Of a DNA stretch of 64,000 nucleotides, positions 1-13,800 are shown in pieces. This DNA is from Octopus vulgaris (taxonomy: Eukaryota), in NCBI GenBank assembly GCA_951406725.2, contig OX597814.1, forward strand, positions 165,788,001 through 165,852,000, in the 5' to 3' direction. The notes under the pieces were generated by a model, which ran no database searches, was not told where the DNA came from, and saw nothing but the letters and a program-made list of their open reading frames with translations. Numbering within the stretch: the first letter of the stretch is position 1; every line of letters starts with the position of its first letter. A program made the translations under genes and the position numbers.

Positions 1-253
1 GGCTCATGCAGAAGGATGTGCATTGATGCAGTGGGTGGTATGTAATAATGAGTATTAAAATGTATTATGTAGATGTGTGTGTTAATGGGTGTTTACAATT
101 GTAGTTGTATTGAGCAAATAGGTGTTTATAATTGTATGGCTGAGTAAGCAGATGTGTATAGAATAGGAGGTTTTTCACCTGTGCGATGTATGTATAAGTG
201 AATGTATTTTTACACATACAGGCATTAGTTTATCTAATATACTTTTGTTTCAG

Positions 254-379
254 TTGCAAGAATGGAAAGCAGTCTATGACTCCCCACAACCACACCAAAT
301 GAAATACCCATCTCCCTCTGGAGAGGAACTGACACAGCTTCAAGAACTCTTAGTTCTCCGTTGTCTTCGTCCTGATAAG
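254..379 (+). CDS. DNAH3: Dynein heavy chain exon
   Basis: cag|[14 protein letters not shown]...LRCLRPDK|gtagac. Confidence 0.88.
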
Positions 380-3300
380 GTAGACATATTTCATCATCAT
401 CATCATCATCATCATCGTTTAACGTCTGTTTTCCATGCTAGCATGGGTTGGACAGTTCGACCGGGGTCTGGGAAGCCAGGAGGCTGCACCAGGCTCCAGT
501 CTGATCTGGCAGTGTTTCTACAGCTGGATGCCCTTCCTAATGCCAACCACTCCGTGAGTGTAGTGGGTGCTTTTTACATGCCACTGGCACAGGTACCAGG
601 GGAGGCTGGCAACAGCTACAATCGGTTGTTGCTTTTTACATGCCACCAGCACGGAAGCCAGTCAAGGTGGCGCTGGCATCAACCACGTACAGATGGTGCT
701 TTTTACGTGCCACTGGCGCAGGTGCCAGGGGAGGCTGGCAATGGCCACAATCGGTTGGTGCTTTTGGTGCTAATGGCCTTCAAGCTAAACCTTCCTCATT
801 TTTTTCATTTGCTTTTTGTTTCACCTTTTTTTTATCATTATCTCTGTTTTTCCCTCTGTCACAGTATTACTTCTAGTTTGATTTTGATATCTTCACTATT
901 CTATCATAACAATTTATTTAGTTTCACCCCTGTTACATCATTACCACTGTACCCCACACCCAACTTATTATTACCTCTAGTTCTCCTCTATCACAAATGT
1001 AGATCTGACTTGCCCTCATTACACCATTACCTCTGGTGTAAATTACTCCTTCATATCTGTAAACTCTTTACTCTCTCTTTTACTCTTTTACTTGTTTCAT
1101 TCATTTGACAGTGGCCATGCTGGAGCACCGTCTTTAGTCAAGCAAATTGACCCCAGGACTTATTCTTTCTAAGCCTAGTACTTATTCTAGTGGTCTCTTG
1201 ATGTAAACACACCAGCATCGGTTGTCAAGCAATGTTGGGGGGACAAACACAGGCACACAAACATATACACACACATACATATATATATATCATCATCATA
1301 TATTTATATATATATATATATATATATATACGACAGACTTCTTTCAGTTTCCATCTACCAAATCCACTCACAAGGCTTTGGTCAGCCCGATGCTATAGTA
1401 GAAGACACTTGCCCAAGGTGCCATGCAGTGGGACTGAACCCGAAACCATGTGGTTGGTAAGCAAGCTACTTACCACACAGCCACTCCTATGCCTGTATCC
1501 TTCATATTTTCAAGCTCTTTCACAGTGTTCTTTCATATCTTTGAGCTCTGCTATGTACCTGCCTGCCTATCATCACCATAATAACCACCATCATCATTGC
1601 AACTAACATCACTGCTCACCCCATCATCATCATCACCACCACTATCATCCACACAACTACTATAACTGTTTCTTATTCACCAGATGATCCCAGCTATACA
1701 AAAGTTCATTCAACAGAGGATGGGTCAGGCTTACATTGAACCAACCACATTTGATCTGTCAATCAGCTACGAAGAGTCCAGCCCACAGACCCCACTCATA
1801 TTTATACTGTCCCCTGGAGTGGACCCTATGGCAGCACTCTTCAGATTTGCTGAAGACAAAGGTAGGTTTCTTTCTGTGTTAGTTTTGTGAGTCAGTGATG
1901 TCTACCATCATCAGCAATATTGTTATTATTGTCGTTGTCACCATCATCATCATCATCATCATCATTACCATCATCATCATTACTTCTGGTAAAGAGCTTC
2001 ACAAGCAACTGAAAAACTTCTTGTATCTATAAGGAAGTTTATATATAAATGCCGGATAGTTTACTATATTAGCCATGATATGAGCCACTGTCAGCAGTTG
2101 GAACCAATGAGGAGGCCTCTACATGGTTGCTTGACCTGTTAAAGAAAGCAATCAAATATCAAAAATTTCCCACTGTTAGATATTGTATTATATCTTGAAA
2201 AAAGACAGGATGGTCATAGTAGGAATGTCTTGGTTATAAAACTGGAATATCTTTGACTAATAATCTTAGATGTACCTGATAAAAAGATGGAGTGGTCAAG
2301 GCTGGAACACCTTTGATCATTGGTCTGCTCGATCAAGGTAGAAATGGAGTTTAACAACAACCAGCTGATGTCTACAATGAAGTATACAGATTTATGCCTT
2401 GGTATGTTGTAAATCCTTAGATTGATTTATATATTTTGTTGGAGAATTTAATAATTTTCTTTTCTTTTGAATGTGTAGGAAGAAGTAAAGGGCTCCAAAC
2501 CGTCTCTCTTGGGCAAGGACAGGGACCAATTGCTGAACAAAGAATATTAGAGGTATGTAGAGATATTTTACCTTACTTACTAACTGCAATGTTAATACAG
2601 ATCAAACTATACCAGCTGCTAAACTTCATTCAGCTACTAAACTTTGATATTGGTCAATTAACTCACAAGTCATGAATTCAGATCCACCGTAGGTTCTACA
2701 TTGTAATGCTTTTCGTATGCAAGCCGGCAGGGCTCACTCATAGCACTCTAATTTTTTCACAATAACATTTATAATCCATAAATGTGTGTATGTGGATATA
2801 ATCTTCTGTCCCTGATAACTAATGTTCATTTCTTTGTTGTCAGGCTACAGAACAAGGTACCTGGGTTGTCTTGCAGAACTGTCACCTGGCTGTTTCCTGG
2901 TTTGGACAATTGGAAAACATCTGTGAAACAGTAAGATCTTTTTAATAAGAAATCAATGCTCTTTTTCACTTCCTTGTCTTCTCTTTCTCTTTCTCTTCTT
3001 CTATTCGTTTCATTCTCACATCCATGACTTTTCAAAACATGTTTTCATACTCAGAATTGTTGAAGCATTGAATAAATTATCCACTTCAGAACACTGCATC
3101 CTTCAGAAATTCCATGTTTCCCAAAATACACCAACACTACACCTGAAGTGCTTATGCACTCTTTCCTGTTCATGGCTCTTTTACACTTCACTTTTCATGG
3201 GCAGGAGTTGGGGTTGTGTGTTATTAAAAATGTGCGTTCACCATCATATAGCTATTATTGCTGTGTTTATTAATTTAATCTATTGCTGCTTTTTGTTACC

Positions 3301-5033
3301 CCTTTTATCCTTTTCTGTTAACTGATAGTGCACTTGAGCACAGTATACAAGTTCCTTATAATATCATCATCATAATCATCAACCTCATGGAATCCCTCTT
3401 AATTAAAGTACCTATCTAGCAGGATTTTTAATTAGGTAAGGTATTGCAGAAGTCAGTACTAATATTGGCCAAGGTGGATAGGGCGTCTATGCTTCTAAGA
3501 TTGAGTAACTGGATTGGCTTCCTGTTATCTTCTCCAAGCCCATAAATGACCTGAACTCAGTGCAGCAAAGTTCCGGTAGATATAATCCAACACTTGGTTT
3601 AACACCACCATCTAACATTTGGTTACTTTGAGCAGAGAGTTTTCAGACAATGTCTCTAGTCTGACTATAACTTGATGATAAGAATAAAATGAACTCAAGA
3701 CAACAAATCTGGAGAAAGAGAACAAATAAATGAGCCCCAGTATTTGACCCATATTTATTCCCATGAAGAAGCCTCTATGCAGAGGCTCAACCTGTTAGAC
3801 TGACCAGAGCTCACTCAAATCATAGCCACACTATATACTATGATACACATACTCACAAACAGCATACTGCACTATACACTATACATACATACAGACACCA
3901 TATACTAGAACACACCACTAACCTTAGTACACACACTTTCTACATTGCACAAACATTCGAGTGTGATCGTTACCAGCGTCGCCTTACTGGCACCTGTGTC
4001 GGTGGCAAGTGTAAAAAGATTCAAGCAAGGTTGTTGCCAGTACCGCCTGACTGGCCTCCATGCTGGTGGCATGTAAAATCACCCACTATGCTCTCAGAGT
4101 GGTTGGCATTAGGAAGGACATCCAGCTGTAGAAACTCTGCCAGATTAAGATTGGAGCCTGGTGCAGCCATCTGGTTCACCAGCCCACAGTCAAACCGTCC
4201 AACCCATGCTAGCATGGAAAGTGGACGTTAAGCAATGATGATGATGATTACACCACACATTCCACAAACACACTAATAAATACCATATGTATTACATTCC
4301 ACGCATGCACGTAGGCTCACATCACACATACACACACATTTTACTACACAGTTCATTATCACAGATCCACTATCCAGCAAATAAACTGTTTTGTTGTATG
4401 TATATAGGTCCTCCAAAACCCAGCACACACAAAAGAAAGTTTCAGACTCTGGCTGACAACATACCCATCATCACAGTTCCCTGTCTCTGTGCTACAGAAC
4501 AGCATCAAAATCATCAATGAGCCACCAAAGGGTCTGAGGGCAAAACTGTTGCAGTCATATTTAAGCAGTCCTATAGCAGAACAGCAATTCTTTGAGTCTT
4601 GCAACAAACCACAGGTGAGTAAAGATTACATTGTTCTTTTATCAATCTTGGGATCATCATCATCATCATTATTAGTGATATGCAGATAATTGTGGACAAT
4701 TTTCAAAGCAGTGTTAAGGTGGTGGGGTAGCAATGCCTTTTTGGGATAAAATCTACAAGCATGGCTTTGTTGGGATTGCAGCAATAGGAGCTACCTGATA
4801 TCTCTCTTTTACTCTCTTTTACTTGTTTCAGTCATTTGAGTGTGGCCATGCTGAAGCACCGCCTTTAGTCGAGCAAATCGACCCCAGGACTTATTCTTTG
4901 TAAGCCTAGTACTTATTCTATTGGTCTCTTTTGCCGAACCACTAAGTTACACGGACATAAAACACCAGCATCGGTTGTCAAGCGATGTTGGGGGGACAAA
5001 CACAGACACACAAGCATATATATACACATACAT

Positions 5034-5080
<47 letters not shown>

Positions 5081-5986
5081 CGACAGGCTCCTTTTAGTTT
5101 CCGTCTGCCAAATCCACTCACAAGGCTTTGGTTGGCCCGAGGCTATAGTAGGAGACACTTGCCCAAGGTGCCACGCAGTGGGACTGAACCCGGAACCATG
5201 TAGTTTGTAAGCAAGCTACTTACCACACAGCCACTCCTACGCCTGATATATGGAAGATAACATCACTTTCGGTATGTATTCACTGCCACTGCATTGATAA
5301 TTTATGGATTTTTGTAGAACAACTCTCAGTGTCTGTGGAGAAATCCCATAAACTCTTGTACTTATTCTCCACTGCATCCTTTGGCTTGTGCACATCCAAC
5401 TTTTCCTTTGCTTCAAATCTACAAACTAGGTAAATATCCCAACACACTCTTTTACCACCTGCATTAATGCTCTTTTTGCACTAGTTTATTGCATTCATTT
5501 AGATGGTCAATACTTTTGTCCTCTTTTCTGAACATTCTGCAGGTTTTATTCATTCATATACAGCAGATGTTCTATTGTCACCTTCATCTTAGCAAACTCA
5601 TAGACAAGAACTAGCAGTTGATTGGGTGGGTTGTAAAAAAGTATATGATTATATACCACACTACTAGCTTTTGGAGTACCTGAGGCCTCTTGGGATAAAT
5701 GAGAAGATAGCTGGGGTTTTTTTTTTTCTTAGAAAAAATAATGGGATCATGGAGAAGTAGAGATTAAGTGCAAAAGTAATTAATTAGGAAATGTGAAAGT
5801 ACGGAAGAGAATATTTCAGAATGACTTGCTCTCTTCGTTACTTTGTGATTGTGCCGATTCCTCTAGAATAAACTATTGCATCCTTACTGTTAAGTGGGTT
5901 ATTTAAAGTAAAGTGTCTAGTGATAAAATACAAACTGAATAGTCTTTTATTAGTAGTCTGATACCCTATCAAATTTATAATCTATT

Positions 5987-6035
<49 letters not shown>

Positions 6036-6911
6036 ACCTTTCCCTTTCCCTCTAATTAAATATAATGAAGAATTGTGTTTTATTTGTATGTGGATTTATT
6101 GCAGGTGTTTAAGAAACTTTTGTTTGGCCTCTGTTTCTTCCATGCCCTGGTACAAGAGCGACGCAAGTTTGGAGCCCTTGGCTGGAATATTCCATACCAG
6201 TTCAATGAATCTGATCTCAATGTTTCTATACAGCAGTTGCAGGTATTTATATTTTACATAATAAGATTAAAGAAAATACCTAGGGATGTCTGTTGCATAA
6301 AAAACAAATAGTAAAATGACTCTAACATACTTGTAGAAACCAAGAAATTTCAATTAATTAAAAATTTTCCATTTGTATGATCAACAAAAAAACAAAACAA
6401 TCTGAATGATTAATTTTGATCGAAAAGGAGAGACAACTTTGGAATTTTGAAGGGCACAAAGCCATATTAAAACAATGCTATTTGAAAGTAATGAGACAAA
6501 GGAAACTACAGGACAAAAAGCTTAGTTGCTATATTGGTCATAGTAAGAACCACTTCAGAACCTCTTATCCAAAAGAACAAGAAATACTTGACCAGAAAAC
6601 AAGAAAGGAAAGTAATGGTGACCAGCTGAGGTGACAAGAACAAACCCATTTCCAAAGTACCATCAGTCAAAAGTTTGGGGATGGCAATAAGAATCAGAAG
6701 TGCACGTATCAGTCACTAAGGAACATATTCAACTGGTTAAGGTGAAGCAACTGACAAGCAAATCTATGGTGTTGAGCAGAATATTTGCTGTGGCCCATCT
6801 TTTATACCAAGGCAAAACAATGTACATGATAACACTTCCAATCAGTTAAGATCAGAAGCCATGAGAGCCACTTCCTAGTATTGCATCAGAGCATTCACTT
6901 TATTATAATTA

Positions 6912-6958
<47 letters not shown>

Positions 6959-8711
6959 GAGTGAGAGAGTGGTGCATACCATCAAAGAGACACTGTGGTA
7001 AAATATACGAAGCCCAGTATACCCATCATGATTACCCATCTGATAAGGATACACTAGGCACATACATCACAACCAAATGTGTGCAACATAGTGATCCCAT
7101 ATCATGATAAACAGCACATGACCTTGCAGGTGGGGACCAGTTAGAATTTTCTTCAGGTCGAGTAGCCCATCCCACTCCAAAGGTCCCTGAATAAGGGTTG
7201 TTTAAGGATGATGAACAAAACACCCATGTTTCCAAAGGCGAATTATCCAAACCCCAAAGAATTCCTCTTATCACATGGCTATGATGCACCCCCATTACTT
7301 CTGCTCATGATCAGAGATGTACATATCATCAGCCACTAAGGGATATGCTCAACTGATTAAGGTCAAGCAACTGACAAGCAAATCTGTGGTATTGAGCAGA
7401 ATATTTGCTGTAGCCCATCTTTTATACCAAGACAAAACAATGTACATGATAACACTTCCAATCAGTTAAGATCAGAAGCCATGAAAGCCACTGCCTAGTA
7501 CTGCATCAGGGTATTAAGATTATTATTATTATTATTAAATGTACCTAGTGTCATACAAATGGCACCATGCCAGTAGCATATAAAAGCACCCATTACATTC
7601 TTGGAGTGGTTGGCATTAGGAAGGGCATCCAGTCATAGAAAAGCATACCAAATCAGACTGGAGTCTGATGCAGCCTTCTAGTGTGTCAGCCCAGTCAAAC
7701 AATCCAACCCATGACAGCATGGACAACGGACATTAAATAATAATAATGATGATGATGATGGTTGTTGTTGTTGTTGTTGTTGTCGTCATCGTCGTCGTCA
7801 CCGTCGTCATCATTGTTGTTGTTGTTGATAGGGCAGTGTATTAGCTGAATCATTAGAGCACCGAAAAAAATGCTTTTTAGTATTTGTTTTGTCTCTTTAT
7901 TTTCTGGATCCCAAATTCCCCTACGGTCAACTTTGCCTATCTTTTTTTCAAGGCCAATAAAATAAGTACCATTCAAGTACTGTAGCCAATGGTCTCACCT
8001 TGACCCCCTTTTCTCAAAATTGCTTACTTTGTGCTTAAATCATAAACAATTATTATCAAGGGCAGTAGATTGGTAGAGTCATTAGTCAGACAAAATGTCT
8101 TGCAGTATTTATTCCAGTTCTTTACACTCTGAGTTCAAATCTTGCCAAGACCAACTCTCGTCCTTCTGGGGTTGGTAAAATAAAGTACTAGTTGTTGTTG
8201 TTGATAGGGCAGTGTATTAGCTGAATCATTAGAGCACCGAAAAAAATGCTTTTTAGTATTTGTTTTGTCTCTTTATTTTCTGGATCCCAAATTCCCCTAC
8301 GGTCAACTTTGCCTATCTTTTTTTCAAGGCCAATAAAATAAGTACCATTCAAGTACTGTAGCCAATGGTATCAGCTAATCTCCTCCAAAATTGCTGGTAT
8401 TATGTCAAATTTTGAAACCTTATCATTATCATTTTTATTATTAAGGTGGCAAGCTGGCAGTATTGTTAGCACACCAGGCAAAATGCTTGGCAGTATTTTG
8501 TCCATCTTCACATTCTGAGTTCAAATTCTACCAGGGATGACTTTGCCTTTCATCCTTTCAGGGTCAATAAAAAAAGTACCAATGAAACACTGAGGTTGAT
8601 TTAATCGACTAGTCCCCTTCCCCAAAATTTCAGGCCTTGTGCCTTTAGTAGAAAAGATCATTATTATTATTATTATTATTATTCATCGTCGTCGTCGTCG
8701 TCGTCGTCGTC

Positions 8712-8780
<69 letters not shown>

Positions 8781-10288
8781 ACAACTCTAGTTACAGTAGT
8801 ATCACCATCATCTCTTTGTAATTCATTGACTGCAAACCATAATGGCTTTATCATATTATGTAGATGTTGATCAATGACTATGAAGATCCCCCATTGGAAG
8901 CCCTGGTTTACCTGACAGGTGAATGCAACTATGGTGGTCGAGTGACTGACAACAGTGACCGACGCCTTATTATGAGTCTACTCAAGAAGTTCTACTGCCA
9001 TGACATTATTGTGAATGATGACTATAAATTCTCTGAGAGTGGCTTATATTATGCTCCACCCTGTGGCAGTTTGGACTGTTACCTGGAATACATCCGTGGG
9101 CTTCCTTATATACCACATCCTGAGGTAAGTCTGGATATGTTAACATAGTTCAGTGATAGGGATCAGAGTATGGTGTTGATTTTGTGTTGGTGTGGAGTGA
9201 AGAGTGGCTGGAAAACGTATATACAATAATACATACATACATACATGCATACATACATGCATGCATACATACATGCATAGATGCACACATGCATACATAC
9301 ATACATACATACATACTTACATACATACATAAGATTATAAGTTCAGGTTTATACCTGTAATTATTGGGAGCCCTGGGATGTGTAAACACTGCCTAAATAC
9401 CAATCTTGAGAAATTAGGCTTCTCAAAACCAGAAAGGAGAAAGCTAATTCAAAGACTACAGATCCAATCCATCACTGAAACTGTAAAAATCTGTAAAACT
9501 TTCCAGAAGTTTATCATTTAAATATATATGAGCATGTCTAGATATGCAAATATATGCATGAGAATACATACGTAAAACATTCATACATACATACATACAT
9601 ACATACATACATACATACAAACAAACAAAAATATCCTGTTGTTGATGTTGAAATTCCAATGAAGGAGCCTTGGATCTAGATTAGAAACCGGATTTTTTTT
9701 CTCTATTGGCAAGAAATCTTGAAATAAATTGAATAATGACATACATATAGTAATAATCATAATAGCCAATATAACTGCTGGCTGGCTGGTTGGTTAGTTG
9801 GTTGCTTTACATCATATATAGAAAGAGAAAGAGAGCATAAAAGAGAGATATAGAAAGAGTTAAGATAAGGTTCAGTACACATACTAGACATGGTGCCTGG
9901 CAATGAGTAAATGAACACAACACTCACACACATACACACAGTATCAGAGACAGATGGGAAGGAGAGGGCACACACATGCACTCTCTCATTTTCTCTCTTT
10001 CTCTCAGTGTGTGTGTGTGTGTGCATGCAAACCTCCATAATATAAAATCAATACAGTAATTTTGTTGACATTTTCTTTTTTTTGAAAACAGCTCAATTTA
10101 AATTTATTGTAAATCAATAAATATTTTCATTTGAAAATTAAATATTCATTTCATCATTTTGTATAAGTGCTAAGAAATTTTATAAAAGTTAAATAATAAT
10201 TATTATTGTATGCATACCATCCGTCCTGATATTACCCATAGTGGCGAAAGTATACTTTCAAACTCTCCTAAAATATGACAGGTATCAC

Positions 10289-10338
<50 letters not shown>

Positions 10339-10353
10339 TTGTTGTTGTTGTTG

Positions 10354-10391
<38 letters not shown>

Positions 10392-10760
10392 ATTGATTGG
10401 TTATTGATTGATTGAGTGAGTGAGTGAACAGTGGATAAGCTTGAGCAAGAGAGTAAAGGGTTAAACAGTGTAAAACAGAGCAAATGAGGGATATGTAAGT
10501 TGGACATTGCATAACTAATTCAGTTGAGAAAGAAATATAATGACGGAATGAAAGGGATGATTGGTTAAGCACCTAGAGGTGAAGTGTGAGGTATGAAAGA
10601 GGAACAAGGAAAGAAATGTTTAGGGAATAAAAAGATGGGTTCATAGTTGAGAGTGTGGTTGGAAGATGAGTGAATTATGTACAGAAATATGTTTTTGTAT
10701 ATTGTATTATGTATTTTTATATATGCATAATATGTATAATATATTTATGCATAGGCATAT

Positions 10761-10810
<50 letters not shown>

Positions 10811-13800
10811 CATATGAACAAACTTCAATACAAAGATGTAGAATTAAAGCAATTTTTTTTCAAAAGTTGGATCAGCCATCAACCACAATTCTGATAGAAT
10901 AATGATTATATACTAAAAGTGACAAAGTTGAGATAATAAAAAGAAAGCTTATTTGAAATAATTATCTTGGACACAGCTCTGCTTCTATGTAGAGGTGATA
11001 CAACTTTCTTAAAATTTGAACTTCTAAAACTGCTTTGTATGTGCATTCATTCCTCTTTTTTTTGTGTGTGTGTATTCTAACACATGATACATCTCTGATT
11101 TATGAAAGTATTTGAAAATTGTTTTTTTTTTAATCCCCAAATATTTCGCAATTTATTTCAAAGATAAGTACTCTATTTAAAACATTCTTTGATATTCTAG
11201 AAATGCATTTCTACTTTAAACATTTATTCTAATAAATTATTTCAAAAGGAGAGTTGCTCAAAGCATATACTCCATCGAGTGTTGACACAAGGGAAACTCC
11301 TCCTTTCTGTCTCACTTCACCTAGAGACTTCTTGACTAAAGAAATAAGTTCTCTAACATTATATAGAACATCCTTGATAAGGCTCCTTCTTACTCATCAA
11401 GAATTTTCAATTGTCAACTCTGCCTTCATAAGAAACTGCATACACTGCAACAGCTTGCAGTAGCCATCAATAAGAAATCTGCTCTACTCTACTATTGTCA
11501 CCAAAGACTCACCCTGTTAAACAACTTCAAATCATTAGCTACAGACAACCCAAAAAGTCCATTTTAGCTTCAGCTGACCCATGCACAACTACAAATATGC
11601 AATTCCTGTTTGCCTTTAGTGAGATTATTTCCCTTCACTAACTTCATGGCCTACCATCACTCAGCTAAAATCATACAGTGCAGCAATGTTCCATATGAAA
11701 ACTGATAAACAATCCAACACCACCAGACTAACACATGCACACACACACACACACACATAAATATATGCATATTTATGCATGTATTGTCTAATTTTATGTT
11801 TACTTGTACATACAGGCGCAGGAGTAGCTGTGTGGTAAGTAGCTTGCTTACCAACCACATGGTTCCGAGTTCAGTCCCACTGCATGGCACCTTGGGCAAG
11901 TGTCTTCTACTATATCCTCGGGCCGACCAAAGCCTTGTTTGGTATACAGAAACTGAAAGAAGCCCGTCGTATATATGTGTGTGTGTATATATATATGTGT
12001 GTGTGTGTGTTTGTGCATGTGTGTGTGTGTTTGTGTTTGTCCCCCCAACATCGCTTGACAGCCGATGGTAGTGTGTTTACGTCCCCATAACGTAGTGGTT
12101 CGACAAAAGAGGCCAATAGAATAAGTACTAGGCTTACAAAGAATATGTCCTTGGGTTGATTTGCTTGACTAAAGGTGGTGCTCCAGCATGGCCGCAGTCA
12201 AATGATTGAAACAAAAAAAAAGGAAAAAAAGAAAAGAGAATACCTTATATCTTACTGCCACCACAATTCTTCAATTCTTTTATCAGGTATTTGGTCTACA
12301 TGAAAATGCTGACATTTCTAAAGACCAGCAAGAAACACAGCAACTATTTGAGGGTGTTCTCAAGACACTTCCAAAGCAGGTAACATTTTATCTTTAGAAT
12401 TTTAAGAACTATTTTGACAGTAATGATGTAATTGAAACCCAGTGATTACGAGGGTAAGGTTCTGAACAACTATCAAAATGCATAAGTTCAATCTGATTAC
12501 AGCCATTATGTTTTATCCCTTGGGCAATTTACAGAGCACTGTTTGACTGAGTTTGCTTAACTACAGTGGGATAATATTGAGGGAAGGATGTATAAATAGA
12601 AGGAAACTGCTCATTCCATTCTCTCTTTCCTGGCTAGACATTAGCTTTGGTCTAACCTTAACAGAATAATTTCTAACAGTTTAAATACACATACACTTAT
12701 CTGACTTTCCTTTTTATCACAAGCCATTTATATATAAAGCTTCAAGACTCACATAAATTGATCAATCTCTGTAAAGTTTATTGGTAACAATAATAATCAT
12801 TGAGTTATATAGTAACTTTGTTTTGTATATGTGGTTTCTAATTTTCAGTGTCTCTTTGCAACAGACATTGGGTGCTGGGAAGTCATCTCAAGATATCATA
12901 GAAGACTTGGCCAGTGATATCCTCTCCAAAATGCCAGCTGCATTTGAAGTTGAAGAAATTCAGGTATGGTACATTTCTTTCCAAAAAATGTGAAACTAGT
13001 ACAATATATTTGTTACAACAAATATATGAAGTGCTTTGATGCAGATGGGATTTTAGTTTCCCCTGTTGTTACATGTTATTTTAACCAACCAGAAATTTTA
13101 ACTTTGAAAACTGATAATAGTTTGTAAGTCATTGGGTGGCGGGGCTAGTTTAGAATAAAAACATGGGATTATTTTAGATTCATTATCACCACATGTCATT
13201 TTAATCAATTAAACATTTTTGAGCACCTTTTCAAGCTCCATCTGTCTAACACCCGTGGACATATTTACAAAGTCAGAAAACAGCACAGCTCCCATGACTT
13301 TCGAAAGCATTTTTTTATGCTAAGAGTTGCTGAAGCATGGAACAAACTGCCGGTATCAGTTGTTAGTTGTCGGAGTACTGCATCCTTCAAAACTTCCATG
13401 CCTCCTGAGATTGACCAACACTACACCTGATTTTCTCCCCTCCACACACACGCAAGCATGTATCTGATCATACACTGTTCACTTCCCAAACATTTGTACA
13501 TTACTGCATATGCTTTATACGCACTTTTGACAAGTTGTGGTGCCCCTGAACACTGTATACAAAAATTTCATTATTATTATTATTAAATCAGAAATTTTAA
13601 CCAATGAGAAACTGTCATTTGTGAAGCTTAGTTTTAACTGTATTGAGTGAGCAAAAATTTGGACTAAAGGTCCTCACTTGTCACATTTGCTCAACACCAA
13701 ACAAGCCTGTCTCTCTCTACTAATGATTTTCATTCTGATAACAACCTTGCATAAGCTGTTACCTTACAATCTCATTCCATTCTCTCTCTTTCCTGGCTAG

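Noticed and set aside
245-1108. 287 aa ORF as a single protein
   Set aside because: Only 254-379 is dynein exon; the rest is read-through of an intronic retroposon and low-complexity sequence.
1232-1606. Recurring ORFs MLGGQTQ...RRHLPKVP (also 4985, 11848, 26249, 44156) as a gene family
   Set aside because: They are chance translations of family A SINE copies.
8639-8854. Poly-I/R/S and poly-T/N ORFs
   Set aside because: Translations of a compound microsatellite.
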